Source of the DNA: Antedon mediterranea
Lineage: Eukaryota; Animalia; Echinodermata
DNA length: 64,000 nt
Reading direction: 5' to 3'
Assembly (NCBI RefSeq): GCF_964355755.1
Contig: NC_092670.1
Span: 4,826,201-4,890,200, forward strand
Of the stretch, positions 12,289 to 23,218 are shown one piece after another. The notes beneath the pieces were generated by a model. It was not told the DNA's origin. It ran no database searches and saw nothing but the letters and a program-made list of their open reading frames with translations. Every line of letters starts with the position of its first letter. Position 1 is the first letter of the stretch. Position numbers and translations under genes: made by a program.

Positions 12289-12445
12289 TTTGTAATCAAT
12301 AAATTGAACGCCGAGTATAAAAAACGTAGTAAAATAGGCAACACAAAGAAAATGATAATCAATTAAATAAAATCCTATGTAAAATATGCGTCCAGAGTTA
12401 AATATAGTATATATCCTGTAGCAGAAGAAAGTAAATTAATGTGCA

Positions 12446-13519
12446 GAAAATAAAATCTGACTGATGCTAGCGAGTTGCTGTAACATCAATGATACATGTC
12501 CAGTTTGTTATACTATGTATAGTCAATCTGATCTATTTGATAGGGACACCTGTTTTTATAAATATGTCGCCTAGTCTTTTAAGTTTAATTTATTAGTACG
12601 GTAACCTTGTGTAAAATACCAATTCTCCTTAAAAAGTAGACTTAAAGGAGGCAGTACCAAACCCATCCATCAACTGTCACTTGTTGAGGTCACTATAGTG
12701 TAGGTATAATTATCTATTGATATTCAATGTCCTTGTAGTGGAGTCCGGGTTACTCCAGATGGTATTGTGTATAAACTATAATTTAGTTTCCCAAATTTGC
12801 TTTTATACACAACACCATATAAGTACAGTAATACATCGGTTAACATTTATTATATATTTAATACCAGCCACTGCCGTGGTACCTTACTCTCAATAACAAA
12901 ATACCTTAGTAATTATTGCTTATTTATGTATTATATATTTATGCTACTACTTCGATCTACACACCTTAAATAATTTAATTCTTAATTGTTATTTGGCTAT
13001 TTCGGGGGCTACTCTTGTCATACTAGTTCGCTGTGTTACGGATCTTTTATGAGACCTGAGTAGGACCCAGGTGAATTCCACTGAGTGTCGGTAAATTATT
13101 AGTACCGAGTAGGCCTACGTGGAATATAATATTTTATTGGGGGCGAGATAATTGTCAAGAATTATAAATCTGACTGATGCTAGCGAGTTGCTGTAACATC
13201 AATGATACATGTCCAGTTTGTTATACTATGTATAGTCAATCTGATCTATTTGATAGGGACACCTGTTTTTATAAATATGTCGCCTAGTCTTTTAAGTTTA
13301 ATTTATTAGTACGGTAACCTTGTGTAAAATACCAATTCTCCTTAAAAAGTAGACTTAAAGGAGGCAGTACCAAACCCATCCATCAACTGTCACTTGTTGA
13401 GGTCACTATAGTGTAGGTATAATTATCTATTGATATTCAATGTCCTTGTAGTGGAGTCCGGGTTACTCCAGATGGTATTGTGTATAAACTATAATTTAGT
13501 TTCCCAAATTTGCTTTTAT
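12446..13519 (-). repeat. 5' split direct repeats arranged A-B-A
   Basis: A 12446-12806, B 12802-13166, A 13166-13519. Confidence 0.93.
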
Positions 13520-14979
13520 TCAACAGTATGTAGGCCACTTGCACAAGTACAATAATATATAATTGATACATACATTTTAAATTTGAGTATAGTAACAGCA
13601 AGATAATTACTTCGCTTTTTATATGCAAACAAATCTTACTTTAAGCATTTAATAAGCAAGTTACAATCATTTGAAAACGCCCTATTTCTAAGAGAACATA
13701 AAGACTTTGGCATTGCATTAGTATTTCCGATTCCAAGGAAATTATCTACAAAATTGTGTGTACCTTTTTAATGTTCTTCAAACCAGGGAAGAGTCACTCT
13801 TCCCTGTTCAAACTGTGAAATATCCATTTATAGGTAAGTTATTGGTATAATATAAACAATATATTGTTTCGTTCAATAGCAGGTAAATATTTACCTAGAA
13901 TTCATTGCAAATAATGCTTTTTTTGCTACGCAACAGTTACTGTAGTTTATAGTTAACCCCAAGACACTTAAACAAATCAATCCACAGTATTGGACTTTTC
14001 TTTCCTACTTTCCTTCCTTACTGTAGCCTAAGGAAGGGTAATCGACTTGCATTTGGTTATATACTGTAGCCTAAATTTGATTTTATTATTTAAGTCAATG
14101 AATATGTTATGGTTTCACATTAATTTTCGTTTAATTAGTCTACTAGTAGTTTTTTACTTTTACGATATGATTAATCCTTAATTCAGCTTTAGTGCTTTAA
14201 ACATTACATAGGCGTAATATATAATGACAACAAGCACACAATTTTTTTTAATTGAATTATAATTCAAACTTCTGCCAACCAAATGATGATATAACTATTT
14301 AAGATGAATTGTTCATATATATATCTTATAAAATATTTATTTTTAACTTTAATGTCCGGTGTTCTTCTTGCACATCAAAATCATAAAATAAACGCTAGTC
14401 CTTATATACATTTTAAAAACTAATTGTAATGAACAAAACTAAAAATCTGCAGCAGATACAAAAGACATTATACATTTCTTAAGCTTAATTCATTTTTACA
14501 AAAGTACGTCAGTATTCCAAATGTTGTAGTTAAAATAATGTACAATTTGAAAATTCAATTAGGCCTCTATTATTTTCCTTTATTTTGTGAGGTGTTTTAA
14601 ACGACCCGCATCCCCTCCCCCACCCCCACCCAACACACGACGTCTACCTCTAAACAACCTCCCAATATATAGGCCTATCTAAACAGAAGGAATGATTGTT
14701 ATAACGTACCGTATTTGTCAGGTAAACGATAGCATTAACTTTTGTAATTGTATGTTTGATCTTTTAAAGTAAATGTTTAGAAAATTAGGGTATCTTTTAA
14801 AGTAAATGTTTAGAAAATTAGGGTATCAATTACAGACAGGTACATATATATGTACATGTACGGCTATTATTTTTACATTTATTTGCATTTTTCCGATAAT
14901 TCCGATTTGTATGAAACTTTAAAGCCCAGACTAAAATTAATTTACAATTGTAAAACAGAAATGTGTAAGGTTTGATTCA

Positions 14980-17900
14980 TTATAGACAGTATATGTTTTC
15001 CATATCTTTCTTGACATCTTCTAACGTAATTGTCTTCCATCCATCTGGAATATCTGCCATCTCAGCCGTATAGTATTCAGCAAGTTCACGATTATATGTT
15101 GTCATAAACCATTTCCAGAACATTTCGGACTCACCTGCCATTGGTTCAATTTTCCACGATTTGTAACGGGCATTCACACTCGAATACTTCTGGTAATGAA
15201 CATATTTATCTTTAGTATCAGCATTCTTGAATCGCGAATCCTCAGACATTACTAATGTTGTGCATACGTCTGTGACAAGTTTTCTAGGTTCCTTGCTATT
15301 GTGATATCCAGAAACTCCTTGTGGTCTGTGACAACCGGCACGATGGTTATCATGTTTGTCATGAAAATCACATAGTGCCTTACAGAATATACACACTTCT
15401 TGGCAACATAGCAGATCAAATGTAAAAAAATCCCGACATTCGTCCCGTATGCTATCAAATAAGCTGTCCTCATAAGCATTCATTATGCTATCTTCAACTG
15501 ATTCTAGTTCAATTAAAAGTTTGTCTTTGAGCTTGTTCAAATCCATAGTTTTTTCCTCATTCAAAAAGGTGGTGTTTTTCCGTAAGGGTAATTCATTATC
15601 GATATTTTCGAGAAAGGTTGGCCACCAAGATTTCATTGTAATAGTACCATCCTTACATACATCATTTATAACTTCTTTGAGCCCAGTAAACATTTCTAGA
15701 GCTTTAGCACGATATGTTTTCTCCAATAAACATAGACCTGTTCTTTTTACCAAGCATTCTTTCTTTATTTGTTCAGATGTGAAGTTTTTTATGCATTGTA
15801 CTGGGTCCCTCAAATAATCTTTAAAAGAAATAAAATTGCCTTTATCTGCTATCTCAATTAGCATATGTGCATGGAGAGACATCTTACTATAAAACATTTT
15901 ACTTCGAGAAAGTCCTTCTATATGCGCGATTACTTTCATCTTGCATTTGTTGGGAAGAGATTTCTCAATAGCAGTTTTAATCTCTCGAGATATAGCCGAC
16001 GCCCTCGTATCATGAATGTGCAAATCTGTACAATCTTCTTTAAACATTTTCCACAACCTATCATGTTGTTCTTCCATGTAACATTTTGGGTCATTTTTTA
16101 GTTTGTATTTTGTTTGCATTTTCTGCAAATCAGGTTTAAGTAATTTCATGAAATTACACACGGTCAGCCGAATAATTGCTTTCTTAGTTAGGCCTAAAGG
16201 AACCTCTAACTCTTCAAGACTTTTTGATAGTGAGCTAACCATATCATGTCCTAGACTTTGAGTGTAATTTATTCCATTTTTTGTGTGCTTTGAAATTTGT
16301 GTTTGAAGCTCTTCCAGAATTTTGTTTTTTCTGATATTAAGATCATGTAAATGCGCCTTATAGCTTCGTTGTTTTGGGCCACGACTTTGTGAAAAATCTA
16401 AATCGCCTTTTACTATTTCAGTTCTTGAAAAGTCAGATTTCCATGCATCCAAAACATTTGGTTTAGAATGTTCTAAGAAAACTTGTTCAGTGATAGTTTG
16501 AAAAGATTGTTCTATGTCCATACCATCGTCCTCAAATTGTATGTCGGATATCCATTTGTTCCAATTTTTATTGAAATTATCTTTCAGTGTTTCGGGAGGA
16601 AGATCCTTATTTCGATACAAGTCAGCTAGTTGTTTAGCTTTTTTAAATATCTCCTTTTCATGTTCTTTAATTCTAGCATCAATTTGAATTCTTCTGGATT
16701 TTGTAGCCGTAATAGATGTAAAAGCACTGTTATGCTCCGTTTTAATTTCTGTACAAAGAGCTTCCCGTTGTGAGTCCATCCTACCTTTCCATTGACATGC
16801 ATTTCTCTCTTTATCAAAATACGATTCCATTTCTTTTTTAAATGTACTGATATCTTCATCTAGTTTTTTAAGGTAAGAGTCATTTACCGTTTTCCCATCT
16901 TCCTTTACCTTTTCATCTGCTAATTTCTCACATTCGAGTTGAAGATTATGGTTATATGTCATTGCTTTTCTTCTGAATGTACGAGCGTGCTTTACAAATT
17001 CTGTATTCAAAGCATTAAAAGCTTGTATCTCAAGGGAGTTTTTGAAACTGAATACAAAATTTTGACCTAATATCGCTTTCCAAAGATCGGACAACCTTTT
17101 TTTTAATTCGTGTACAGTTTTAGGCGTAGCTTTCTGTACGAATTCTATGACTTGTTTCTTAACTTCAAGAATACTCTTACTGTAACCTGGATTTGGAGGT
17201 GCAACCGGTGGATCTCCTTGCCAAAGGCCGGAAACATTCACTACGTGTTTATTTTCTTGAAAGTTAATAACATCAGAAAACGATTTGTATTTGCCACTGC
17301 AATTCTCTTCTTCGGCTACAGCTTGTGTGACTTTATCCAGTTTTTCTCGCATATTTCTTGTTTGAACATGCAAATCAGAATCGTTAACGTTTGAGACATT
17401 TTGATGTACAAATATACAGCTTGGTTTGATATCAACAATGTCCATTTTTATAAAAGCATGCATAGCTATTTGAAGTGTATCGTTCACATCCGTCGGATTT
17501 TCTCCCATAATATTTATTATAGTAAGATCACCTAAACCAATCACAAGCGTGGCTAGTTCATTGTCACGATTGTGTACTTCGTGGATGTTGGTAGATTGGA
17601 TGGACCGTAAACCCTCAGTGTCAACCACCAGAATATAGTCACATTCAGTTGTTTCTTTTAAACCTTTATCAAACGATACCAGCTGTGCGAATATACCTTT
17701 AGTACATCTGCCAGCGCTAACAGCAAATTGTAAACCGAACAAGGTATTTAAAAGGGTTGATTTTCCACTACTCTGTATGCCTAATACAGATAAAACAAAC
17801 AGCTTTTTATTTCCAATTTTCATTCTAAGAGAATCAAAAATTGCTTCAATCCAATTAAGAGGCAAGTGTCCTGCGTCACCATCGAATAGTTCGACCGGAT

Positions 17901-19608
17901 ATCCATCAAGTAACGTTTCAGCAGCAACTACTGACAAATCAAAGTTAAACTCATTCAATGCTTCTTTATTTAAAGATAACAACATCTCATAAGTTTGTCC
18001 GATTTCCCTACTGAAATGTTCTAGACCCAATGACTTCAATGACAGTTTCTCTTCAATTTCATCCAGTTGTTGTTTCAGTGCTGCTAACGTTTCTTTCGAA
18101 CTATTTCCCCCCTCCTTTTTTTCACAAAACTCATTCCATTTAGTAGTGAACTCATCACGTATTGGCTGCAGATTCCAAATGCTGTATCGGTCAGTCATTA
18201 TTTTTACAAGCTCCAAAAAATAGTTTCTTTTTTCACTTTCGTCTGTGTAAGATTTCTGAAACGTCATGTATGTGCAATCCTTACATTGGCTTAGTTCTTG
18301 GTATTTTTTGTGTTGTTCACGACGAAGATTCTTTACTTCTTCTTTCATATTTTCTACATACATTTCATTGTGCATATTCCCTCTGCGTGTTAGCCGGTGC
18401 TGCTCTTTAATTGTCGCTCCAATTTGTTTTGAAAACGTTTGCAATGGTAGCTCATCTTTCTTTTCATTTTGATTTAAGTGTTCAAGCAATATGTCAACAC
18501 TCTGTTTTGCTTCTGAATACATTGGTAATTTTGTATCAATGTGGATATTCATGCTCCATGCTATGTCTATACACATCTCAACACTTCTATTGCTCACAGC
18601 GCCTTCCCTTTGCTGACTCAAACAATCATTTAGAAATCTCCAAATGTTCTTCTTCATTTTGACATCGTTTTTGTTTAATCTATCAGTTTGTTGAAACAGT
18701 TTTATTCCTTGTGTAGAATATTGATTCTCAATCTTTTCAATCGCCTTTTTGTAATTATCCGCAGGTTTATCATAGACCAATAATACGTGCCCATGCTGTC
18801 TGTACAATGATTCAATTAACTCGACGTTACCTTCGTTAAAATCATCAGATGACACAAATGCAATTGTGGCCAGTGATATGACCGATAAAAATCGTGTCTG
18901 AAGTTTGAAATCTGGCGCATTTCCTCGCAGATTTATAAATGCGAGTGCATCCTCAAAGGTTCCTTTCTTTTTTGTAGGAAAGTACCATGCCATTTCTAAT
19001 AACCCGTTTGATAATTCATGTTCTAAAGTACCACCTTCGCAATCATAATTAAAAAAGATATTATGTTGCTGGTCATTGATAATAGTGTTGATTGTGTGCG
19101 ATTTTGACTTTTTCTGTCTACCAATGCGGAGAACCGATACAGTTGGTACTGGGTGAACTGCCATCGGCTTTTCACAAGATCCTTCACTCGTTGTCCATTT
19201 CTTTCTTATTGTACTCATTCCCCACAAAGTCAGTTCCCACTGTTTGTCTTTTACGTCCGTTACAGGTATTAGTAACGGAATAGCTAACTGACACGTAGAC
19301 AATTTTTCAATTAAAATTTGTCTTAAGAAGTTGTCACAGCATAAGAAGACAGCCAATAACGCGTCTAATGGACTTACTTGGCTTTTGTCGTCTAAGTCAA
19401 AACATCTTCCTTCGTAATTATACATTAGTATGTTTTGCAAAATATACCATGGTATTTTTCCCGAATTTTCCTCGAGTTCCTCTAATGAAATAACATTTTC
19501 AGAAAATTCAAGGACTTTATTACGAGTTAATTTTCTAGGATAATATTCTCGTAGTTTTAAATGGTTAATCACCTTATCTAGATATTCAGTACTACTAGAT
19601 GCCATCAT
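14980..19608 (-). CDS. Interferon-induced very large GTPase (GVIN/VLIG, URGCP-like), 1542 aa, single coding exon
   Basis: Uninterrupted ORF; G1 GIQSSGKST, G2 GRCTKG, G3 DTEG, FVHQNV; URGCP-like N-terminus (EYYPRKLT, LSTCQLAIPLL, FINLRG); C-terminal CIFCKALC..H..HRPQG and FWKWFM. Confidence 0.93.
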   Translation of the reverse strand: MMASSSTEYLDKVINHLKLREYYPRKLTRNKVLEFSENVISLEELEENSGKIPWYILQNILMYNYEGRCFDLDDKSQVSPLDALLAVFLCCDNFLRQILIEKLSTCQLAIPLLIPVTDVKDKQWELTLWGMSTIRKKWTTSEGSCEKPMAVHPVPTVSVLRIGRQKKSKSHTINTIINDQQHNIFFNYDCEGGTLEHELSNGLLEMAWYFPTKKKGTFEDALAFINLRGNAPDFKLQTRFLSVISLATIAFVSSDDFNEGNVELIESLYRQHGHVLLVYDKPADNYKKAIEKIENQYSTQGIKLFQQTDRLNKNDVKMKKNIWRFLNDCLSQQREGAVSNRSVEMCIDIAWSMNIHIDTKLPMYSEAKQSVDILLEHLNQNEKKDELPLQTFSKQIGATIKEQHRLTRRGNMHNEMYVENMKEEVKNLRREQHKKYQELSQCKDCTYMTFQKSYTDESEKRNYFLELVKIMTDRYSIWNLQPIRDEFTTKWNEFCEKKEGGNSSKETLAALKQQLDEIEEKLSLKSLGLEHFSREIGQTYEMLLSLNKEALNEFNFDLSVVAAETLLDGYPVELFDGDAGHLPLNWIEAIFDSLRMKIGNKKLFVLSVLGIQSSGKSTLLNTLFGLQFAVSAGRCTKGIFAQLVSFDKGLKETTECDYILVVDTEGLRSIQSTNIHEVHNRDNELATLVIGLGDLTIINIMGENPTDVNDTLQIAMHAFIKMDIVDIKPSCIFVHQNVSNVNDSDLHVQTRNMREKLDKVTQAVAEEENCSGKYKSFSDVINFQENKHVVNVSGLWQGDPPVAPPNPGYSKSILEVKKQVIEFVQKATPKTVHELKKRLSDLWKAILGQNFVFSFKNSLEIQAFNALNTEFVKHARTFRRKAMTYNHNLQLECEKLADEKVKEDGKTVNDSYLKKLDEDISTFKKEMESYFDKERNACQWKGRMDSQREALCTEIKTEHNSAFTSITATKSRRIQIDARIKEHEKEIFKKAKQLADLYRNKDLPPETLKDNFNKNWNKWISDIQFEDDGMDIEQSFQTITEQVFLEHSKPNVLDAWKSDFSRTEIVKGDLDFSQSRGPKQRSYKAHLHDLNIRKNKILEELQTQISKHTKNGINYTQSLGHDMVSSLSKSLEELEVPLGLTKKAIIRLTVCNFMKLLKPDLQKMQTKYKLKNDPKCYMEEQHDRLWKMFKEDCTDLHIHDTRASAISREIKTAIEKSLPNKCKMKVIAHIEGLSRSKMFYSKMSLHAHMLIEIADKGNFISFKDYLRDPVQCIKNFTSEQIKKECLVKRTGLCLLEKTYRAKALEMFTGLKEVINDVCKDGTITMKSWWPTFLENIDNELPLRKNTTFLNEEKTMDLNKLKDKLLIELESVEDSIMNAYEDSLFDSIRDECRDFFTFDLLCCQEVCIFCKALCDFHDKHDNHRAGCHRPQGVSGYHNSKEPRKLVTDVCTTLVMSEDSRFKNADTKDKYVHYQKYSSVNARYKSWKIEPMAGESEMFWKWFMTTYNRELAEYYTAEMADIPDGWKTITLEDVKKDMENIYCL

Positions 19609-20242
19609 GAATTATAAGCAGAGGCTGTACTATTGATTGATAACGTATTGAACGATTCTATCAATTTACAATCTTGAAAGAAATACATAAATTTACAAGT
19701 AAAAATCGTCCGGTGATAACCGAATAAATTTTATGTATAATATACATAAACATAACAGGCACAGAACAGGATATTATAAAATTACCAATTATTATTATTA
19801 CCAACAATTATTAATTAATTTTCTTCATTTACTTATTACTGGTAAAGTTCATGTCCCCATCTGTGATAGAGAAACGATACGTCATAGGCCTACAGTGGAT
19901 CTGAAACAGAAAATAAAGATATAATTCAAGGTATTGTTATTGCATATGTATCAATAATTAAAACCATAAAGGCAATCAAAGACAGAAATGCGTACAGTTT
20001 TTTACAGAGATAAAAAAAAATTATATATTATAATTATTACTAGTACATTTTATTGTAGGTCTACTTCACAGACATTTACAGAAAGGAATTCATAAATAAA
20101 TAAAAGGATTTTAGTTTTTAATAGAGATATATGTTGATATAAAATTTGCGATACACCACGTGTATTAGTTCTGAAAATAACTGTTGTATGGAACGCCGTT
20201 TACGCAACATTTCGATGATATGAATTGTATGACGCGATATGT

Positions 20243-20447
20243 GAATGAAATGCATCGATATGAATTGAATGGCGCGATATATGAATGAAATGTTTTGAAT
20301 TGAATGCTTTGAATTGAATGTTTTGAATGAAATGTTTTGAATGCAATGTTTTGAATGCAATGTTTTGAATGAAATGTTTTGAATGAAATGTTTTGAATGA
20401 AATGTTTTGAATGAAATGTCGGAATGAAATGTTTGAATTGAATTGAA
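20243..20447. repeat. 14-bp minisatellite (GAATGAAATGTTTT)n
   Basis: Direct reading. Confidence 0.9.
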
Positions 20448-20514
20448 AAGTCAAACTATTGGTGGCGCGCGTATGTCATTCCCGCTCGCGATTTTTTCTC
20501 AACTTCTTAGGCCT

Positions 20515-20593
20515 CTTTACAGAGAATCCTAACAGACCTGGGTTTGGAAATATGTATTCCACTGTTTCAGGTCTGTTAGGATTCTCTGTAAAG
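20515..20593. repeat. 26-bp perfect inverted repeat (tiny MITE-like hairpin)
   Basis: CTTTACAGAGAATCCTAACAGACCTG ... CAGGTCTGTTAGGATTCTCTGTAAAG. Confidence 0.85.
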
Positions 20594-20642
20594 GATCCAT
20601 ATTGATGACAGCGTGGAAAGGAGATGAGGGTACCCAGACTTA

Positions 20643-21576
20643 GGCGTATGTCTGAACGTTAAACCGGACTTTAGTCGTAGTTCGAAGTTCGACTTGAAAA
20701 AGTCGTAGTTCGAGCTATTACTTCAAATTCGATTCAAAAACGAAGTAGTCGAAGTTTGCAGTTCGACTTAATGAAGTCGAGCTTTTAGTCGAGTTGCACA
20801 CGTCTGGGTAACAAAGGCTAAACATTGGCCAATGACAAGAGAGTATTTGAGGAGCAGACGACATTTTGCGCATTGATATCACTTTCCATTTTCTTACAAA
20901 ACTTTTTACGCATCAGGACTATATACATGAAAAATAATTTTAATCGTTAATTATTAGAACAAGATCAGTATTAATTTAACAGTCAAGTACTTTTGATTAA
21001 CAACAAACAAAATCTTCAAAATATATTTAGGAACCATGGCGGTACGGTAACTTTTATATTTTCTAGGCCCCCAACAAAGTATGATCGGGACGAACCACGC
21101 ACTTCATAGCGTGACAAGAAAGCGCTAGGCCCCCTAAACATTTCTTCGCGTGGTGAATTTCCGCATCTGCCATTGTCGCTATGGCGTCACGTAGTTCACG
21201 TCGGACTTGCGCGAAGAAAATAATGTAATTTGTATACAGTTGTAAATAAAGATGATTTTCGTTATTATAACTTATACCAATGTATATTTAATTGAGATAA
21301 TATTATAAATATAGATATTTCATTCTTCAATATCTGGCCAATATAACAACTCAATGACTGACGTTTTTGATAAACATCGTTTAAAAACCATTTAGTCGAC
21401 CATTTAGCCTGCCCCCTCCAGGACTAAAAAAATCGATCAAAATCCGTCTCGATTTAGTCGAGGTTGGCCTGAATTAGTCGGTGATTTAGTTGAAGTTCGG
21501 TTTATGAATTAAAATGACGTCATTTTTTTAGTTTTAGCTCGAATTACGACTAAAGTCCGGTTTAAGAATACGGGCG
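20643..21576 (+). mobile_element. ~930-bp MITE, TTA TSD (PIF/Harbinger-like)
   Basis: IR TTAAACCGGACTTTAGTCGT; TTA at 20640-20642 and 21577-21579; near-identical to both arms of 43333-45193. Confidence 0.85.
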
Positions 21577-21725
21577 TTAGAGTCGATGGCACTTAATGCG
21601 CGGCTAATTGCAATTATTGAATTCCATAAAAGAAGTTTAAATAGTCTTAGTTTTACAGCCGTCTAATAAACGTCACGTGATATCAATTTTGTCGATAGGT
21701 GGCGGTATAAATTACGCAATATTTG

Positions 21726-22147
21726 ACTGCATGACGATTGGTGTGTACTGCATGACGATTGGTGTGTACTGCATGACGATTGGTGCGTACTGCATGACCA
21801 TTGGTGTGTACTGCATGACCATCGGTGTGTACTGCATGACGATTGGTGTGTACTGCATGACGATTGGTGTGTACTCTATGATGTACTGCATGACGATTGT
21901 TGTGTACTGCATGATGTTTGGTGTGTACTGCATGACGATTGGTGTGTACTGCATGACCATTGGTGTGTACTGCATGACGATTGGTGTGTACTGCATGACG
22001 ATTGGTTTTTACTGCATGATGTTTGGTGTGTACTGCATGATGATTGGTGTGTACTGCATGATGTTTGGTGTGTACTGCATGACGATTGGTGTGTACTGCA
22101 TGACCATTGGTGTGTAGTACTGCATGACGATTGGTGTGTACTGCATG
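21726..22147. repeat. 21-bp minisatellite (TGCATGACGATTGGTGTGTAC)n, ~20 copies
   Basis: Direct reading. Confidence 0.96.
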
Positions 22148-22228
22148 ATAAATGTGAACTGAAGGGAGAGGAGGCGTTCCATAGAGGCATACCCAACTCA
22201 ATTATTGCTGGCCATGTTGTCGCTATTA

Positions 22229-23058
22229 AGCCCCTTTCTCACAGATGTGTCTGCAATATACCGGTACAGTGCTGGCGTCGTGCCGGTATCGTTACCGGCA
22301 TATACCCATTCTCATCGGACTATCGTGCCGGAAATATAACCGGTATATACCGGCTTTCTGTGAGAAAGGAGTCGGGCATATTCGGCCAATAAAAAGTCTC
22401 TGACAAAATAATTATTGAGGGCGTCCTTTATTGTTATTATTTTTGTCTAGGGATATATGGCGGCGAATGTTAGGTTACAGATTATTATCTTCCTTTATAG
22501 CATATTTATGCAATACATGCTATGTACAGTATATTGTGCATATATTATACAGGTACAGCAATTAATTAGCCGTCATCGGCAATCTGTAAAACACCTTAGG
22601 AGGCTGTACAATTTACAAGGCGACGAAGGGTCAGGCTAGTTAGGCACCAACAAAGAGCTAGCTAGGCCTATATGGCCCAGGCCTGCTATAGATTATGCTA
22701 CAAATTTCTTCTTGTCCCCTTATTTTAAGCAGCTCTCTTATCTCATTATCCCTCCAGTTTGACATTATTATTGTTAATTGAATTGAATCGGCGCCAAAGT
22801 GATACACTTGACCGCGCAAGGTGTCTGAAGCCTCGACAGGGAACCCCGGAATATAACGACGTTACGTTCTCACAGAATGACCGTCTGGCATTGCGGGGAA
22901 TATCCCTAGAATATTACTAGGTCTAAAGCAGGTCATGTCGATGCCGGCATGGTGCCGGCATGATGCCAAGACGACCCGTTCTCACAGAAAACCATACCGG
23001 CATGGTAATGGTATATTCCCGCAATATTCCTGGCACTCAGCTCTGTGAGAAAGGGGCT
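22229..23058. mobile_element. 830-bp MITE, TIR AGCCCCTTTCTCACAGA, TTA TSD (PIF/Harbinger-like)
   Basis: TIRs at both ends; TTA at 22226-22228 and 23059-23061; empty-site paralog at 25881-25910. Confidence 0.88.
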
Positions 23059-23218
23059 TTAGAGAGGTTTCGCAACGCAACGAATACGATAACGAAAACG
23101 TTTTCCTAAGCCAGTAAAAATCTGTTTAGCATGGCAACAATATTGAGGGCGCCGTCCAAAATATGACAGCGGTGAATTTGAGCGAAGCGCAGGTACGTCT
23201 GGCCATGTTGGCCATGTT

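Larger units (their letters stand above)
6193..13519 (-). mobile_element. Ngaro-type (DIRS order) tyrosine-recombinase retrotransposon, full length
   Basis: gag, RT/RNase H (no methyltransferase seen) and YR ORFs; split direct repeats; TTTAT core shared by both termini (6193-6197, 13515-13519) and both internal B/A junctions (6987-6991, 12802-12806). Confidence 0.92.

Noticed and set aside
14760-14826. Short (~33-bp) tandem duplication downstream of GVIN
   Set aside because: Ordinary slippage duplication.
19609-19902. Upstream coding exons extending GVIN
   Set aside because: Acceptors exist, but in-frame stops intervene; treated as 5' UTR.
20118-20454. ORFs over the 14-bp repeat
   Set aside because: Minisatellite translation.
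21677-22201. His-rich or Cys-rich repetitive ORFs in four frames
   Set aside because: By-product of a 21-bp minisatellite; no splice or promoter support.
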